A DNA stretch of 64,000 bases from positions 1 through 64,000 of IMG/VR virus record IMGVR_UViG_3300021181_000008; one strand, written 5' to 3'. The notes under the pieces were generated by a model, which saw only the letters and a list, made by a program, of their open reading frames with translations, was not told the DNA's origin and ran no database searches. The stretch comes from a virus. Below are positions 7,774 to 16,758 of this stretch, in pieces (the first letter of the stretch is position 1; each line of letters begins with the position of its first letter). The translations under genes were made by a program, and so were the position numbers.

Positions 7774-8598
7774 ATGCCAGACCCGATCAAGACCCCGATG
7801 CACCCCAAGCGCCCGCTGCCCGTGGGAACGAGGGTCCGCTACCACGGCTCCCACCCGGCGTACCACGGCATCTACATCGTCAGGCGCGTTGCCGACGCTG
7901 ACGCCCTGCGCGCGGTCGGCCGTAACCCGGAGCGCGACTACTTCATCGACCACGCTGGCTACGAGCTGTGGCCGGAGGGCGTCGAGGAGAGCTACCGAAA
8001 CGGCGACCAGTCGCTGCACTTCGTCCGGCGCGGCTCGATCACGGAGGAACCATTGCCACGTGAACTCTCACACCTGGAGATCCACAAGCACCAGGAGCGT
8101 GTGCTTGACCTGAACAAGGCCAAGGGCTGGTACGACGAGCCGGTGCCGTTCATTCAGGCGATGGGCCTGCTCGTCACGGAGATCGACGAGGCGCATGAGG
8201 CGTATCAGGAAAGCGGCGCGACGCACGACTTCAAGTCGGAGCTGGCCGACATCTACATCCGGCTCCTCGACGACTGCGCGCGGTTCCATGTGGACCTGTC
8301 CACTGCGGCAGACATCTACCGCTTCTCAATGGGCTCTGTCGCCGACCGTGAGCACGAAATCTCCGACGACCTGTGGCTGATCCTCAAGCCGGTCGTCAAG
8401 GCGATCGAGGAGTACCGGGTCTACGGGCTCGACTACGAGAACAAGGCCGGTCCGCAGATCGCCAAGGCGTTCGCCGGGATCTACGCCGCGCTGGAGTTCG
8501 TCTGCCGGAGCTACGGCGTCGAGCTGGCCAAGGCGTTCGACCTCAAGATGACCGTCAACTGGACGCGTCCCTACCGACACGGAGGCAAGCATGCCTGA
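7774..8598 (+). CDS. MazG-like nucleotide pyrophosphohydrolase with N-terminal extension
   Basis: LLVTEIDEAHEA...ELADIYIRLLD; C-terminal KMTVN..RPYRHGGK. Confidence 0.75.
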   Translation: MPDPIKTPMHPKRPLPVGTRVRYHGSHPAYHGIYIVRRVADADALRAVGRNPERDYFIDHAGYELWPEGVEESYRNGDQSLHFVRRGSITEEPLPRELSHLEIHKHQERVLDLNKAKGWYDEPVPFIQAMGLLVTEIDEAHEAYQESGATHDFKSELADIYIRLLDDCARFHVDLSTAADIYRFSMGSVADREHEISDDLWLILKPVVKAIEEYRVYGLDYENKAGPQIAKAFAGIYAALEFVCRSYGVELAKAFDLKMTVNWTRPYRHGGKHA

Positions 8599-8974
8599 GA
8601 ACCTGATCACCCATCTGCTGCCGGGCGAGATCATCGTCGTCGGCACCAACGAGTTCGGCTTCCACGCCGGGGGCGCGGCGGCCTACGCCAACAAGCACTT
8701 CGGGCTCCGCTGGGGCGTCGGCGAGGGCCTGTCCGGCAAGACGTACGCGCTCCCCACGATGGAGGGCATCGCCGCGTTCGCGCAGGCCGCCATGAAGTTC
8801 CAGATGTACGCCGAGCTGTCGCCTGACCTGACGTTCCTGCTGACCAAGGTCGGCTGCGGCATCGCGGGCTACGACGAGAAGCTGATCATGGACCTGTTCG
8901 CTAACTCGCCGGCCAACGTCATCCTGCCGGAGGGCTGGGACCGCACGGGCGAGCTGGAGATCAAGGATGCCTGA
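8591..8974 (+). CDS. A1S_2505-family (macro-fold-like) phage protein
   Basis: IIVVGTN..GFHAGGAA, GEGL.G.TYALPT, FLLTKVGCGIAGY motifs. Confidence 0.7.
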   Translation: MPENLITHLLPGEIIVVGTNEFGFHAGGAAAYANKHFGLRWGVGEGLSGKTYALPTMEGIAAFAQAAMKFQMYAELSPDLTFLLTKVGCGIAGYDEKLIMDLFANSPANVILPEGWDRTGELEIKDA

Positions 8975-9152
8975 CGCGCCGTACCACTACATCGTCTGCG
9001 AGGACAACGCAGGCCACCTGGAGCCCGGCCAGAAGCGGTTCAAGAACTTCGAGACCAGAGTCGTAGCTGACGCCATGGCCGTGTTCTCGGCCGCCATCGC
9101 CGAGGGCAAGACCGAGTACATCACGATCGAGGCACTGAGGGACCGTCCGTGA
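8967..9152 (+). CDS. Hypothetical protein
   Basis: Coupled small ORF. Confidence 0.55.
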   Translation: MPDAPYHYIVCEDNAGHLEPGQKRFKNFETRVVADAMAVFSAAIAEGKTEYITIEALRDRP

Positions 9153-9292
9153 AGCAGCGCGTGTGGATCGTGACCCAGACCGGCTGCTGCGGTCATGACG
9201 AGATCGTGGGCGTGTTCGCCGATGAGCAGGACGCCAAGGACAAGGCCGATTCCCTGGTCGAAGCCTCCTGGGACTCTTGGGAAGTGGACTGA
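9149..9292 (+). CDS. 47-aa hypothetical protein
   Basis: GTGA and TGATG overlaps with both neighbours. Confidence 0.55.
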   Translation: MKQRVWIVTQTGCCGHDEIVGVFADEQDAKDKADSLVEASWDSWEVD

Positions 9293-10299
9293 TGAAGCAC
9301 ATCGAGCTGTTCGCCGGCGCGGGCGGCATGGCGCTGGGCATCGCGCAGGCCGGGTTCGACCCGTTCATCTACGTCGAGAACGACAAGTACTGCGCCCGCA
9401 CGCTGCGGACCAACTATCCCGCGTTCGGCGGCAACATGTTCGTGGACGAGCGCGATGTCCGCACGATGAAGTTCGACGACCTACAGACCGACATCGCGCT
9501 GCTGAGCGGCGGCATCCCGTGCCAGCCATGGTCGGTCGGCGGTCTGGCGAAGGGGATCGAGGACTCGCGCAACCTCTGGCCGGAGTTCACCCGCGTGCTG
9601 GGCGAGTGCCTGCCGAGGGCGTTCATGATCGAGAACGTGCAGGGCATCCTCCGGCAGCAGTTCAAGCCGTACCTCGGCTACCTGCTCAACGCGCTCAGGA
9701 GCCCGACTGTGCGGCGCTGGGGCGACGAGCCGTGGGAGTCCCACGCCAAGGCTGTGCGGTACGCAGGCGGCAAGGGGAGCCTGCACTACGACATCCACAT
9801 CCTGATCGTCAACGCCAAGAACTACGGCGTGCCGCAGGAGCGCAAGCGCGTCTTCCTGGTGGGCTTCCGCAAGGACTTGGGCATTGACTTCAAGTTCGAG
9901 TACCAGTACCACTTCGGGACGTTCAACCACCTGTGGACGCTGCGCGAGGCCATCGGCCATATGCCGGACCCGCGTACTGCCGCCGCGCGTGAGTACCACG
10001 ACCACATCTTCGTGCCGGGGGCCAGCGTCTACCGTGGCCACACGCCCAACCTGCTCGACAAGCCCGCCAAGACCATCAAGGCGGGAGTTCACGGCATGCC
10101 CGGCGGCGAGGGCGTGGTGGAGCTGGACGACGGCAGCATCCGCTACCTGACGGTCAGGGAACTGGCCAGAATTCAGACCTTTCCGGATGACTATCGGTTC
10201 TCCGGCTCGCGCACGCAGCAAGTCAAGCAGATCGGGAATGCCGTGCCCGTCAAGCTTGCTGCATATGTCGCCAAGTCCATCGCAGTGCATCTTGGGTAG
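9292..10299 (+). CDS. DNA (cytosine-5) methyltransferase
   Basis: ELFAGAGG, GGIPCQ, ENV, QERKR and GNAVP motifs. Confidence 0.95.
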   Translation: MKHIELFAGAGGMALGIAQAGFDPFIYVENDKYCARTLRTNYPAFGGNMFVDERDVRTMKFDDLQTDIALLSGGIPCQPWSVGGLAKGIEDSRNLWPEFTRVLGECLPRAFMIENVQGILRQQFKPYLGYLLNALRSPTVRRWGDEPWESHAKAVRYAGGKGSLHYDIHILIVNAKNYGVPQERKRVFLVGFRKDLGIDFKFEYQYHFGTFNHLWTLREAIGHMPDPRTAAAREYHDHIFVPGASVYRGHTPNLLDKPAKTIKAGVHGMPGGEGVVELDDGSIRYLTVRELARIQTFPDDYRFSGSRTQQVKQIGNAVPVKLAAYVAKSIAVHLG

Positions 10300-10457
10300 C
10301 AGGATCAAGCCCGAGGACTACATCCGCAGGGCCGTAACGTGCACTATGTGCGACACAACCGTGGATATGGTGGCGGAGCAGGGCAGCTTCCCGAACGTCT
10401 GCGAACCCTGCTCCGGCCAGCTCCACTCCGTCTTCTGGCAACTCTGGAGGGAAGCCA

Positions 10458-11585
10458 ATGAAACTGACCGACTTGCTCAGCGCGACGCTCCTCAAGGAAA
10501 TGCTTGAGCAGAAGTACGTCAAGGCGCAGAGCCACCCCGCGATCCCCGGCCTGACGATCTACAACTACACAGACCAGGCGATGTGGGACAAGGCGTGGAA
10601 CGACGTCACCACCCAGTGCCGGGGCCTGATCGTGGACAGCGACGGCCTGATCGTCGCGCGCCCGTGGGAGAAGTTCTTCAACTACGGCGAGTTCACGGGC
10701 GAGATCAACCCCGGCCGCGCCGCCGGCCCCGGTCAGCGGGTGCTCGACCTGAACTCGCTGGTGCACGTCACGGACAAGAAGGACGGCTCGCTCGGCATCC
10801 TGTACCCGACGCCGCAGGGCCACGCCATCGCCACCCGTGGCTCGTTCAAGTCGGAGCAGGCCGTGCGCGGCTCGTTCATCTGGTGGAAGCGGTACGCCGA
10901 GTTCCCCGTGCCCGATGGCTGGACGCTGATGTTCGAGATCGTGTATCCGGAGAACCGGATCGTGCTCGACTACGCGGGCCTCGACGACCTGATCCTGCTG
11001 GGCGCGCGGGAGATCGAGACGGGCGTGGTGGTTGGTCCCGACGACTTCCTCCTCATCCCGTGGCAAGGCCCGCGCACTGAGGTGTTCGAGGACCGGTCGC
11101 TCGCGCAGGCGCTATGCCGCCACCCGCGCCCGAACGCCGAGGGCGTTGTCGTGCGCTACGTGACCGGCCCCGACTCCGGCCTGATGGTGAAGATCAAGCA
11201 GGACGACTACGTGCTCATGCACCGGCTCATCACCGGCATGAACGCGCGGGTGGTCTGGGAGCGCCTGATGGCCAACGAGACGACCGCTGACATCTGCGCG
11301 GGCGTGCCCGAGGAGTTCTGGCCGTGGATCAACGAGGTCGGCTACGACCTGCTGGAGCAGCACGCCGAGATCTCCGGCCGGGCCTACCGCGAGTACAACT
11401 CCATCGTGGTCAACCTCGACCAGGGCTGGACCCGGAAGGACTTCGCGGCCAAGGCGGTAGAGTCCGACTGCAAGGCGCTGCTGTTCCTGCTGCTCGACGG
11501 CCGGGACATCGCAGAGCTGGTCTGGAAGCAAATCAAGCCATCGGGTGAGCGCTCGATGAAGTACATCTCGGAGGACGTGGCATGA
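10458..11585 (+). CDS. T4 Rnl1-like RNA ligase
   Basis: CRGL, ARPWEKFFN, KKDGSLG (motif I), FEIV, EGVVV, KIK. Confidence 0.9.
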   Translation: MKLTDLLSATLLKEMLEQKYVKAQSHPAIPGLTIYNYTDQAMWDKAWNDVTTQCRGLIVDSDGLIVARPWEKFFNYGEFTGEINPGRAAGPGQRVLDLNSLVHVTDKKDGSLGILYPTPQGHAIATRGSFKSEQAVRGSFIWWKRYAEFPVPDGWTLMFEIVYPENRIVLDYAGLDDLILLGAREIETGVVVGPDDFLLIPWQGPRTEVFEDRSLAQALCRHPRPNAEGVVVRYVTGPDSGLMVKIKQDDYVLMHRLITGMNARVVWERLMANETTADICAGVPEEFWPWINEVGYDLLEQHAEISGRAYREYNSIVVNLDQGWTRKDFAAKAVESDCKALLFLLLDGRDIAELVWKQIKPSGERSMKYISEDVA

Positions 11586-11788
11586 CTTACGGAGACGAGC
11601 CCAAGTACGCGACGCTGGAGGCGTTCAAGCACGCCAAGGACTCGGTGGGCGCGGTGCTCTACATCGACAACGACCAGATCGACGCCTACGACTCCGAGAC
11701 GGGCGAGGTGCTGCTTCTCCAGCTCCATCCCAGCGAGTTCATCCAGCAGGCGACCGAGCTGCTGGGGTTCTCCTACGAGCACGTGTGA
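11582..11788 (+). CDS. Hypothetical protein
   Basis: Coupled small ORF. Confidence 0.6.
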   Translation: MTYGDEPKYATLEAFKHAKDSVGAVLYIDNDQIDAYDSETGEVLLLQLHPSEFIQQATELLGFSYEHV

Positions 11789-11979
11789 TGGACGAGTTCC
11801 CCGAGGACGAAACCCGGCCGAGGATGGTGGGCGAGTGCACGGGGTGCCGGTGCCGGGGATCAGCGGAGCCGAAGAAGGTGCCGTTGGTCCTCGACCCGTT
11901 CACTCGGGAGATCTACGGCGAGGACGAGTACGTCTATCTGTGCGACGAGTGCTACCAGGAAAGGGCTGACGACATATGA
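11785..11979 (+). CDS. Small Cys-rich protein
   Basis: CxxC and LCDECY motifs. Confidence 0.55.
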   Translation: MMDEFPEDETRPRMVGECTGCRCRGSAEPKKVPLVLDPFTREIYGEDEYVYLCDECYQERADDI

Positions 11980-12929
11980 CCGAGCTAGTGATCACGAGGG
12001 GCCTGCCGGCCTCCGGCAAAACGACGTTCGCCCGAATCTGGGTGGACCGGGACCGAGCGCACCGCGCCCGCGTCAACCGCGACGACCTGCGACGCATGGT
12101 GGACGACGGCGTGTTCGTCAAGGGCGAGACGGAGCAGCGGATCCAGGCGCTTCGCAACGCGGCCATCAAGAGCCTGCTCGACCGGGGCGTCAGCGTCGTG
12201 TGCGACGACACCAACCTGCCTAACCGCGTCGTGCGCGACCTGGTGACGCTGGCTGCGCGGGCCAAGGCCGAGTGGCGGATCGAGGACTTCACGACCGTCC
12301 AGCTCGACGTCTGCACGGCCCGCAACGCGGCTCGCACGGACAAGGACCCGGTGCCGCGCCATGTGATCGAGGACATGCACCTGCGGTACCTGCACGGCAA
12401 GGTACTGCCCCTGCCGTTCTACCCGTTCAGCGCCGAGGACCCGGCGGCGAGCCTGTATGAGCCCGACGCTTCCCTCCCCGACGCGTTCATCTGCGACATC
12501 GACGGCACCGTGGCGCTCAAGGGCGACCGTGGGCCGTTCGACGAGAGCCGCGTGCACGAGGACCGGCCCAACCCGCGCGTGATCGAGGTGGTGAACAACC
12601 ACATCAAGCTGGGCTACCAGCCGGTCTTCCTGTCCGGCCGCACCGAGGGGTGCTACAGCGAGACGCGCAAGTGGCTGGGCCAGTACCTGGAGTACGACTG
12701 GCCGGGCCACAGCAACGACTACGGCATCATCGAGAAGCCCTTCCGCCTGCTCATGCGACCGCTCGGCGACCACCGCAAGGACTCGATCGTCAAGCGCGAG
12801 CTGTTCGACAAGTACGTGCGCGCGGAGTACAACGTGCGCTTCGTGCTGGACGACCGCGACCAGGTGGTGAGGATGTGGCGCGAGGAGCTTGGCCTGACCT
12901 GCCTTCAGGTTGCGCCGGGCGACTTCTAG
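11976..12929 (+). CDS. pseT: Polynucleotide kinase/3'-phosphatase (PNKP)
   Basis: GLPASGKTT P-loop, NRDDLR, HAD motif DIDGT, SGR, DDR. Confidence 0.93.
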   Translation: MTELVITRGLPASGKTTFARIWVDRDRAHRARVNRDDLRRMVDDGVFVKGETEQRIQALRNAAIKSLLDRGVSVVCDDTNLPNRVVRDLVTLAARAKAEWRIEDFTTVQLDVCTARNAARTDKDPVPRHVIEDMHLRYLHGKVLPLPFYPFSAEDPAASLYEPDASLPDAFICDIDGTVALKGDRGPFDESRVHEDRPNPRVIEVVNNHIKLGYQPVFLSGRTEGCYSETRKWLGQYLEYDWPGHSNDYGIIEKPFRLLMRPLGDHRKDSIVKRELFDKYVRAEYNVRFVLDDRDQVVRMWREELGLTCLQVAPGDF

Positions 12930-13043
12930 GCCATCCTGGCTACTGCTGGTGCCGGTGGGCGTGGGGAGGCCGAACGCGCTGGTCTCCCTGCGCTCGCACC
13001 GCCGATTCGCCGGAAGGTCCGCAAGATCCGTATGATTGCGGGC

Positions 13044-13349
13044 ATGAGTGAAGTAGCAACCGTAGATCAACTGCGCGTTCAGGCGAACGAAATCGCCGCC
13101 AATAACCCGCCCCTGCGAGTTCTGGACACCGTGATCCTTGCGGTGTGCTTTTCGCTCGGGTGGGTTTTCGGCATTGTCTGGCGCTACCCGCTGGGCTACC
13201 TCGCATTCATGGCGCTGACCATCCGGCACGGTTACCGCAAGGCCAACCCGCCGAAGCCCAAGGCCCCCGCGCCGGTTGATCCCAAGGCCCCCAGGGCTCA
13301 GGAGACGATCTACGCCGCAGGCGGCGCTGTTGCGTATACCGAGCCGTGA
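13044..13349 (+). CDS. Membrane protein (leaderless)
   Basis: TATGAT + 7 nt + ATG; hydrophobic core. Confidence 0.65.
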   Translation: MSEVATVDQLRVQANEIAANNPPLRVLDTVILAVCFSLGWVFGIVWRYPLGYLAFMALTIRHGYRKANPPKPKAPAPVDPKAPRAQETIYAAGGAVAYTEP

Positions 13350-13353
13350 CCGG

Positions 13354-13369
13354 TACCTTGGCGTTAGGA
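13354..13369 (+). promoter_or_regulatory. Late-promoter-like motif TACCTT-N5-TAGGA
   Basis: Same architecture at 15309, 19902 and 41801. Confidence 0.55.
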
Positions 13370-13462
13370 ACACTGACACCCGAGGCTGAGTAACGACCAG
13401 AGCCGGGCTAGCTGCACGTGGCTGCTCAAGTGAGCGGAGCTGTTGCAGGGAGGCTCGGTCTG

Positions 13463-15268
13463 ATGGGGCTGCGCGAACAAGTTCAGGCAGGCGCTGTAGA
13501 GCAGCGTGTTATCGCTGGCGTGCCGTGGCGGCCTTGGGATTCGCCGTTCATGCGGTACGACGTCGGCGGGCCAGTTCACCCGACGCGCTCTATCTTCGGC
13601 GTTGACGAGTCACTCGGACTCCCCGCCCTGTACGCAGCGGTCAAGCTCCTGTCCGACAACGCTTCCTCCCTGCCGATCCACTGCTACCAGCACCTCGGCG
13701 GCGCGTCGTCTGTTAACGGCGGCATGAGCCGCACCCGCTGGTGGGGACCGACGATTTTCGACAAGCCCTCAGTCCTGCTCCGGCTCGGCGAGTGGATCTC
13801 GACCCTCATGACGTCCGTCCTGCTCCAGGGCAACGCCTGGGGGTTCATCACCGGCCGGGACGGCTACGGCTACCCCACCGGAATCGAGTGGATCCCGCCG
13901 CACGACATTCACGTCATCGAGCCCGAGGATCATTCCTCCTGGAATCCGCTCACCGCCGAGGTATTCGCCTATGGCCGTCAGGTGAAGTGGCACGGGCCGG
14001 ACTCGGAGATGTTCCACGTCAAGGGAATGCCGCTGGCCGGGCGCATTGAAGCAATTTCCCCCATGCGCGCATTCGCTCTCACAATTCTCGCGGGCCGCGA
14101 GGCTCAGCGCTTCGGCACCGACTGGTACCAGGCTGGCGGCTTCCCTCCGGGCACCTTCCAGAACGCCGAGATCGAGATCGACGTCAACCAGGCAGCCGAG
14201 ATCCGGGCCGAGCTGGTCAAGTCGCTGCGGCGCAGGGAGCCATTGGTCTACGGCCGAGACTGGGACTACAAGCCCGTCACCGTGCCGCCGTCCGAGGCCC
14301 AGTTCATCGACGCGATGCAGCTCAACGCCACCCAGATCGCGGCGGTGTACAACGTACCGCCAGACCGCATCGGCGGCACCCGCGGAGACTCCCTGACGTA
14401 CAACACCGTCGTCCAGGCTTCGCTGGAGATCATCGAGTCGCTGCGCCCGTGGCTGGTGCGCATGGAGCAGTCGTTCTTCGAGCTGCTGCCGAAGAACCGG
14501 ATGGCCGAGTTCTGGACTGACGCGCTGCTCAAGACTGACCTCCAGAGCCGCATGCAGATCTACTTGGACGCCCGCAACACCGGCCTCATGACGGTGAACG
14601 AGATCCGCCAGGAGCTGGGCCGCGAGCCGTTTGGACCCATCGGCGACGAGCAGCTACCGCTCACCACGATGAACGCCATGGGCACCCGTGCCGGCGTTAT
14701 CCCCAAGTCCTTCATGAAGGCTGTCGTGCTGGAGATGGACGTCGCCACCGACCGCCTCATCAAGCTGGAGAAGTACATCATCCCCCAGCTTGTGGCGCAG
14801 GGTTACCCGGTGCAGGGCGTCACCCCGCCTCCGGCCCCGCCCACACCGCCCGGCGGCGCTGCCAAGAAGCCCGCAGCGAGCAAGCCGAGCGCCAGTTCAG
14901 CTAATGGCGGCCGGGCATTCGGCGCTCCCGGCGGTGGCGTGCAGCCCGGCAACCAGACGTACCCCATCACGGTCAACGGCGTCACCGGCACCCCGATCGG
15001 AATGCCCAACGCCCCGCTCCCCCTCTCGCAGGACCCGGCGAGCTTCCTGGCGAGCCTGATCTCCGTGCAGCGGGACGCGAGCATGCCGTACGAGGCGCGG
15101 GTCGCGGCACAGGATTTCCTGGTCGCCATTGCCGAGCGAGCGGACAACATCCGCAAGCACGAGCCCGACGAGGAGATCTCCCAGGACAGCCTGTACGCCC
15201 CCAGCGTTCGGTCGCGGCCTGACCTTGAGGACCGCATCAACGACGACAGGCGACGCGGGCACCTGTGA
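13463..15268 (+). CDS. HK97-family portal protein with Pro/Ala-rich C-terminal extension
   Basis: AV..LS..ASSLP, LLQGNAW, G.SP, QF...QIA..YNVPP..IG, MTVNEIR; GGGAGG RBS. Confidence 0.92.
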   Translation: MGLREQVQAGAVEQRVIAGVPWRPWDSPFMRYDVGGPVHPTRSIFGVDESLGLPALYAAVKLLSDNASSLPIHCYQHLGGASSVNGGMSRTRWWGPTIFDKPSVLLRLGEWISTLMTSVLLQGNAWGFITGRDGYGYPTGIEWIPPHDIHVIEPEDHSSWNPLTAEVFAYGRQVKWHGPDSEMFHVKGMPLAGRIEAISPMRAFALTILAGREAQRFGTDWYQAGGFPPGTFQNAEIEIDVNQAAEIRAELVKSLRRREPLVYGRDWDYKPVTVPPSEAQFIDAMQLNATQIAAVYNVPPDRIGGTRGDSLTYNTVVQASLEIIESLRPWLVRMEQSFFELLPKNRMAEFWTDALLKTDLQSRMQIYLDARNTGLMTVNEIRQELGREPFGPIGDEQLPLTTMNAMGTRAGVIPKSFMKAVVLEMDVATDRLIKLEKYIIPQLVAQGYPVQGVTPPPAPPTPPGGAAKKPAASKPSASSANGGRAFGAPGGGVQPGNQTYPITVNGVTGTPIGMPNAPLPLSQDPASFLASLISVQRDASMPYEARVAAQDFLVAIAERADNIRKHEPDEEISQDSLYAPSVRSRPDLEDRINDDRRRGHL

Positions 15269-15292
15269 TTCTGTTCGAGGTACCGTTGCACG

Positions 15293-15324
15293 TTGAGGTA
15301 GCACTACCTACCCTGAGCGTAGGA
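15293..15324 (+). promoter_or_regulatory. Conserved 32-bp late-promoter element (copy 1)
   Basis: 28/32 identical to 41785-41816. Confidence 0.7.
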
Positions 15325-15353
15325 GCAATATGCCCTCGGGAGGGTGAACGTAG

Positions 15354-16544
15354 ATGGCAACACTGTCGGCCGCAGCTCGCAAGTCGCTGCCGGACTCTGC
15401 CTATGCGTACATCGACCCGCAGGGCGGACGGCACTTTCCGATACATGACAAGGCGCACGTCATCGCGGCGCTACGGCTCGGCCCGCGTTCTCCAATGTGG
15501 GCCAAGGCAAAGGGCAAGGTAATGGCTGCTGCTAAGAAGTTCGGCGTGGGCACCGAGTCCGACACGGGCCGGTCGCTTGAGTCTCTGTACCCCGAGATCC
15601 GGTTCTACCCGGACAAGGTGGAGCTGCGCTCCGTCGAGGACACGATCCACATCACCGGCTATGCGTCGGTGTTCGGCGCGGTCTCCCGTCGTCTCGGCGG
15701 ATTCCACGAGAAGGTTCTACCCACCGCGTTCAACCGCGCGATGGAAGAGAACTGGCCGAACGTGGTGTGCCGGTACAACCACAAGGACGACTACGTTCTA
15801 GGCACCACGGGCGCGGACACCTGCCGCCTGAGCATCGACGAGCGCGGACTGCACTACGACGTCCAGCCGCCGACCACCCGAGGTGACGTTACCGAGCTGG
15901 TTCAGCGCGGCGACGTTCGCTACTCCAGCTTCGCGTTCCGCTGCGTGGACGAGGAGAGCGACTCCTGGGAGAAGTCGGAGTACAACCTGCCGATGCGGTC
16001 GCTGCACAGCGTCGAGCTGGTGGATGTGGCTCCGGTCATGGACCCCGCTTACCGCGACACTACGGCGATGGCGCGCAACATCACGGGCGCGGTCGAGTCG
16101 CTGGCCCGCTGGGTGGACGAGGACCCGGTTCAGGTCCGCTCCATGATGGAGGCCGGCCAGGCCATCAAGTTCTTCAAGCGCACCGACCGTCCGAGCGTTC
16201 CGAAGCTGGACGCCGCGTCGGCCGAGCAGCGTCAGGCGTGCGATGACATCGCCGTTTCCCTGCGCTCGCGCTGGGCGAAGTTCGAGGAGAACGTCGCTGA
16301 CGAGGAGCGCGTCGCCAACCTGATCGACGACGACGGCAAGGTCACCAGCCTTGACGGCACCGAGACGGATGTGGAGACCCCGACCGTCACGGACATGCTG
16401 GACGAGGACGGCAAGCTCGACATCGGCGACCAGGAGACCCCTGCTGTCGAAGACGAGACCCCGGCCGAGCAGGACGACCTGGCTCTGGCTCGCCAGTTCC
16501 TCGACGAGTTCGAGGGCCGTGGCGAGCCGGACATGGACATCTGA
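15354..16544 (+). CDS. HK97-type prohead protease with N-terminal DUF6582-like domain and acidic tail
   Basis: ITGYASVF, YNH, RGDV..SSFAF, DVAPV.DPAY; N-terminal R..LPDSAYAY...FPIHDKAHV. Confidence 0.9.
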   Translation: MATLSAAARKSLPDSAYAYIDPQGGRHFPIHDKAHVIAALRLGPRSPMWAKAKGKVMAAAKKFGVGTESDTGRSLESLYPEIRFYPDKVELRSVEDTIHITGYASVFGAVSRRLGGFHEKVLPTAFNRAMEENWPNVVCRYNHKDDYVLGTTGADTCRLSIDERGLHYDVQPPTTRGDVTELVQRGDVRYSSFAFRCVDEESDSWEKSEYNLPMRSLHSVELVDVAPVMDPAYRDTTAMARNITGAVESLARWVDEDPVQVRSMMEAGQAIKFFKRTDRPSVPKLDAASAEQRQACDDIAVSLRSRWAKFEENVADEERVANLIDDDGKVTSLDGTETDVETPTVTDMLDEDGKLDIGDQETPAVEDETPAEQDDLALARQFLDEFEGRGEPDMDI

Positions 16545-16554
16545 GGAGGCGATT

Positions 16555-16629
16555 ATGGCTCTTTGGCTGATCATCGTGATCATCGTGCTGGCTGTCCTAC
16601 TGGGCACCTTCCTGATTCGTCACCTCTGA
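16555..16629 (+). CDS. 24-aa single-helix hydrophobic peptide
   Basis: GAGGAGG RBS; MALWLIIVIIVLAVLLGTFLIRHL. Confidence 0.55.
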   Translation: MALWLIIVIIVLAVLLGTFLIRHL

Positions 16630-16758
16630 AAAGTTTTTAAGGCGGGCTATGCGAACACCGGTTCGTTGTGCTTTCCTGAAATAGAACCTCCCGTCGAGGC
16701 CGTGCGCTGATGCGCTCTGGAGCCGGCGATCAAGATGCCTCTTGAAGGGATTAACACC

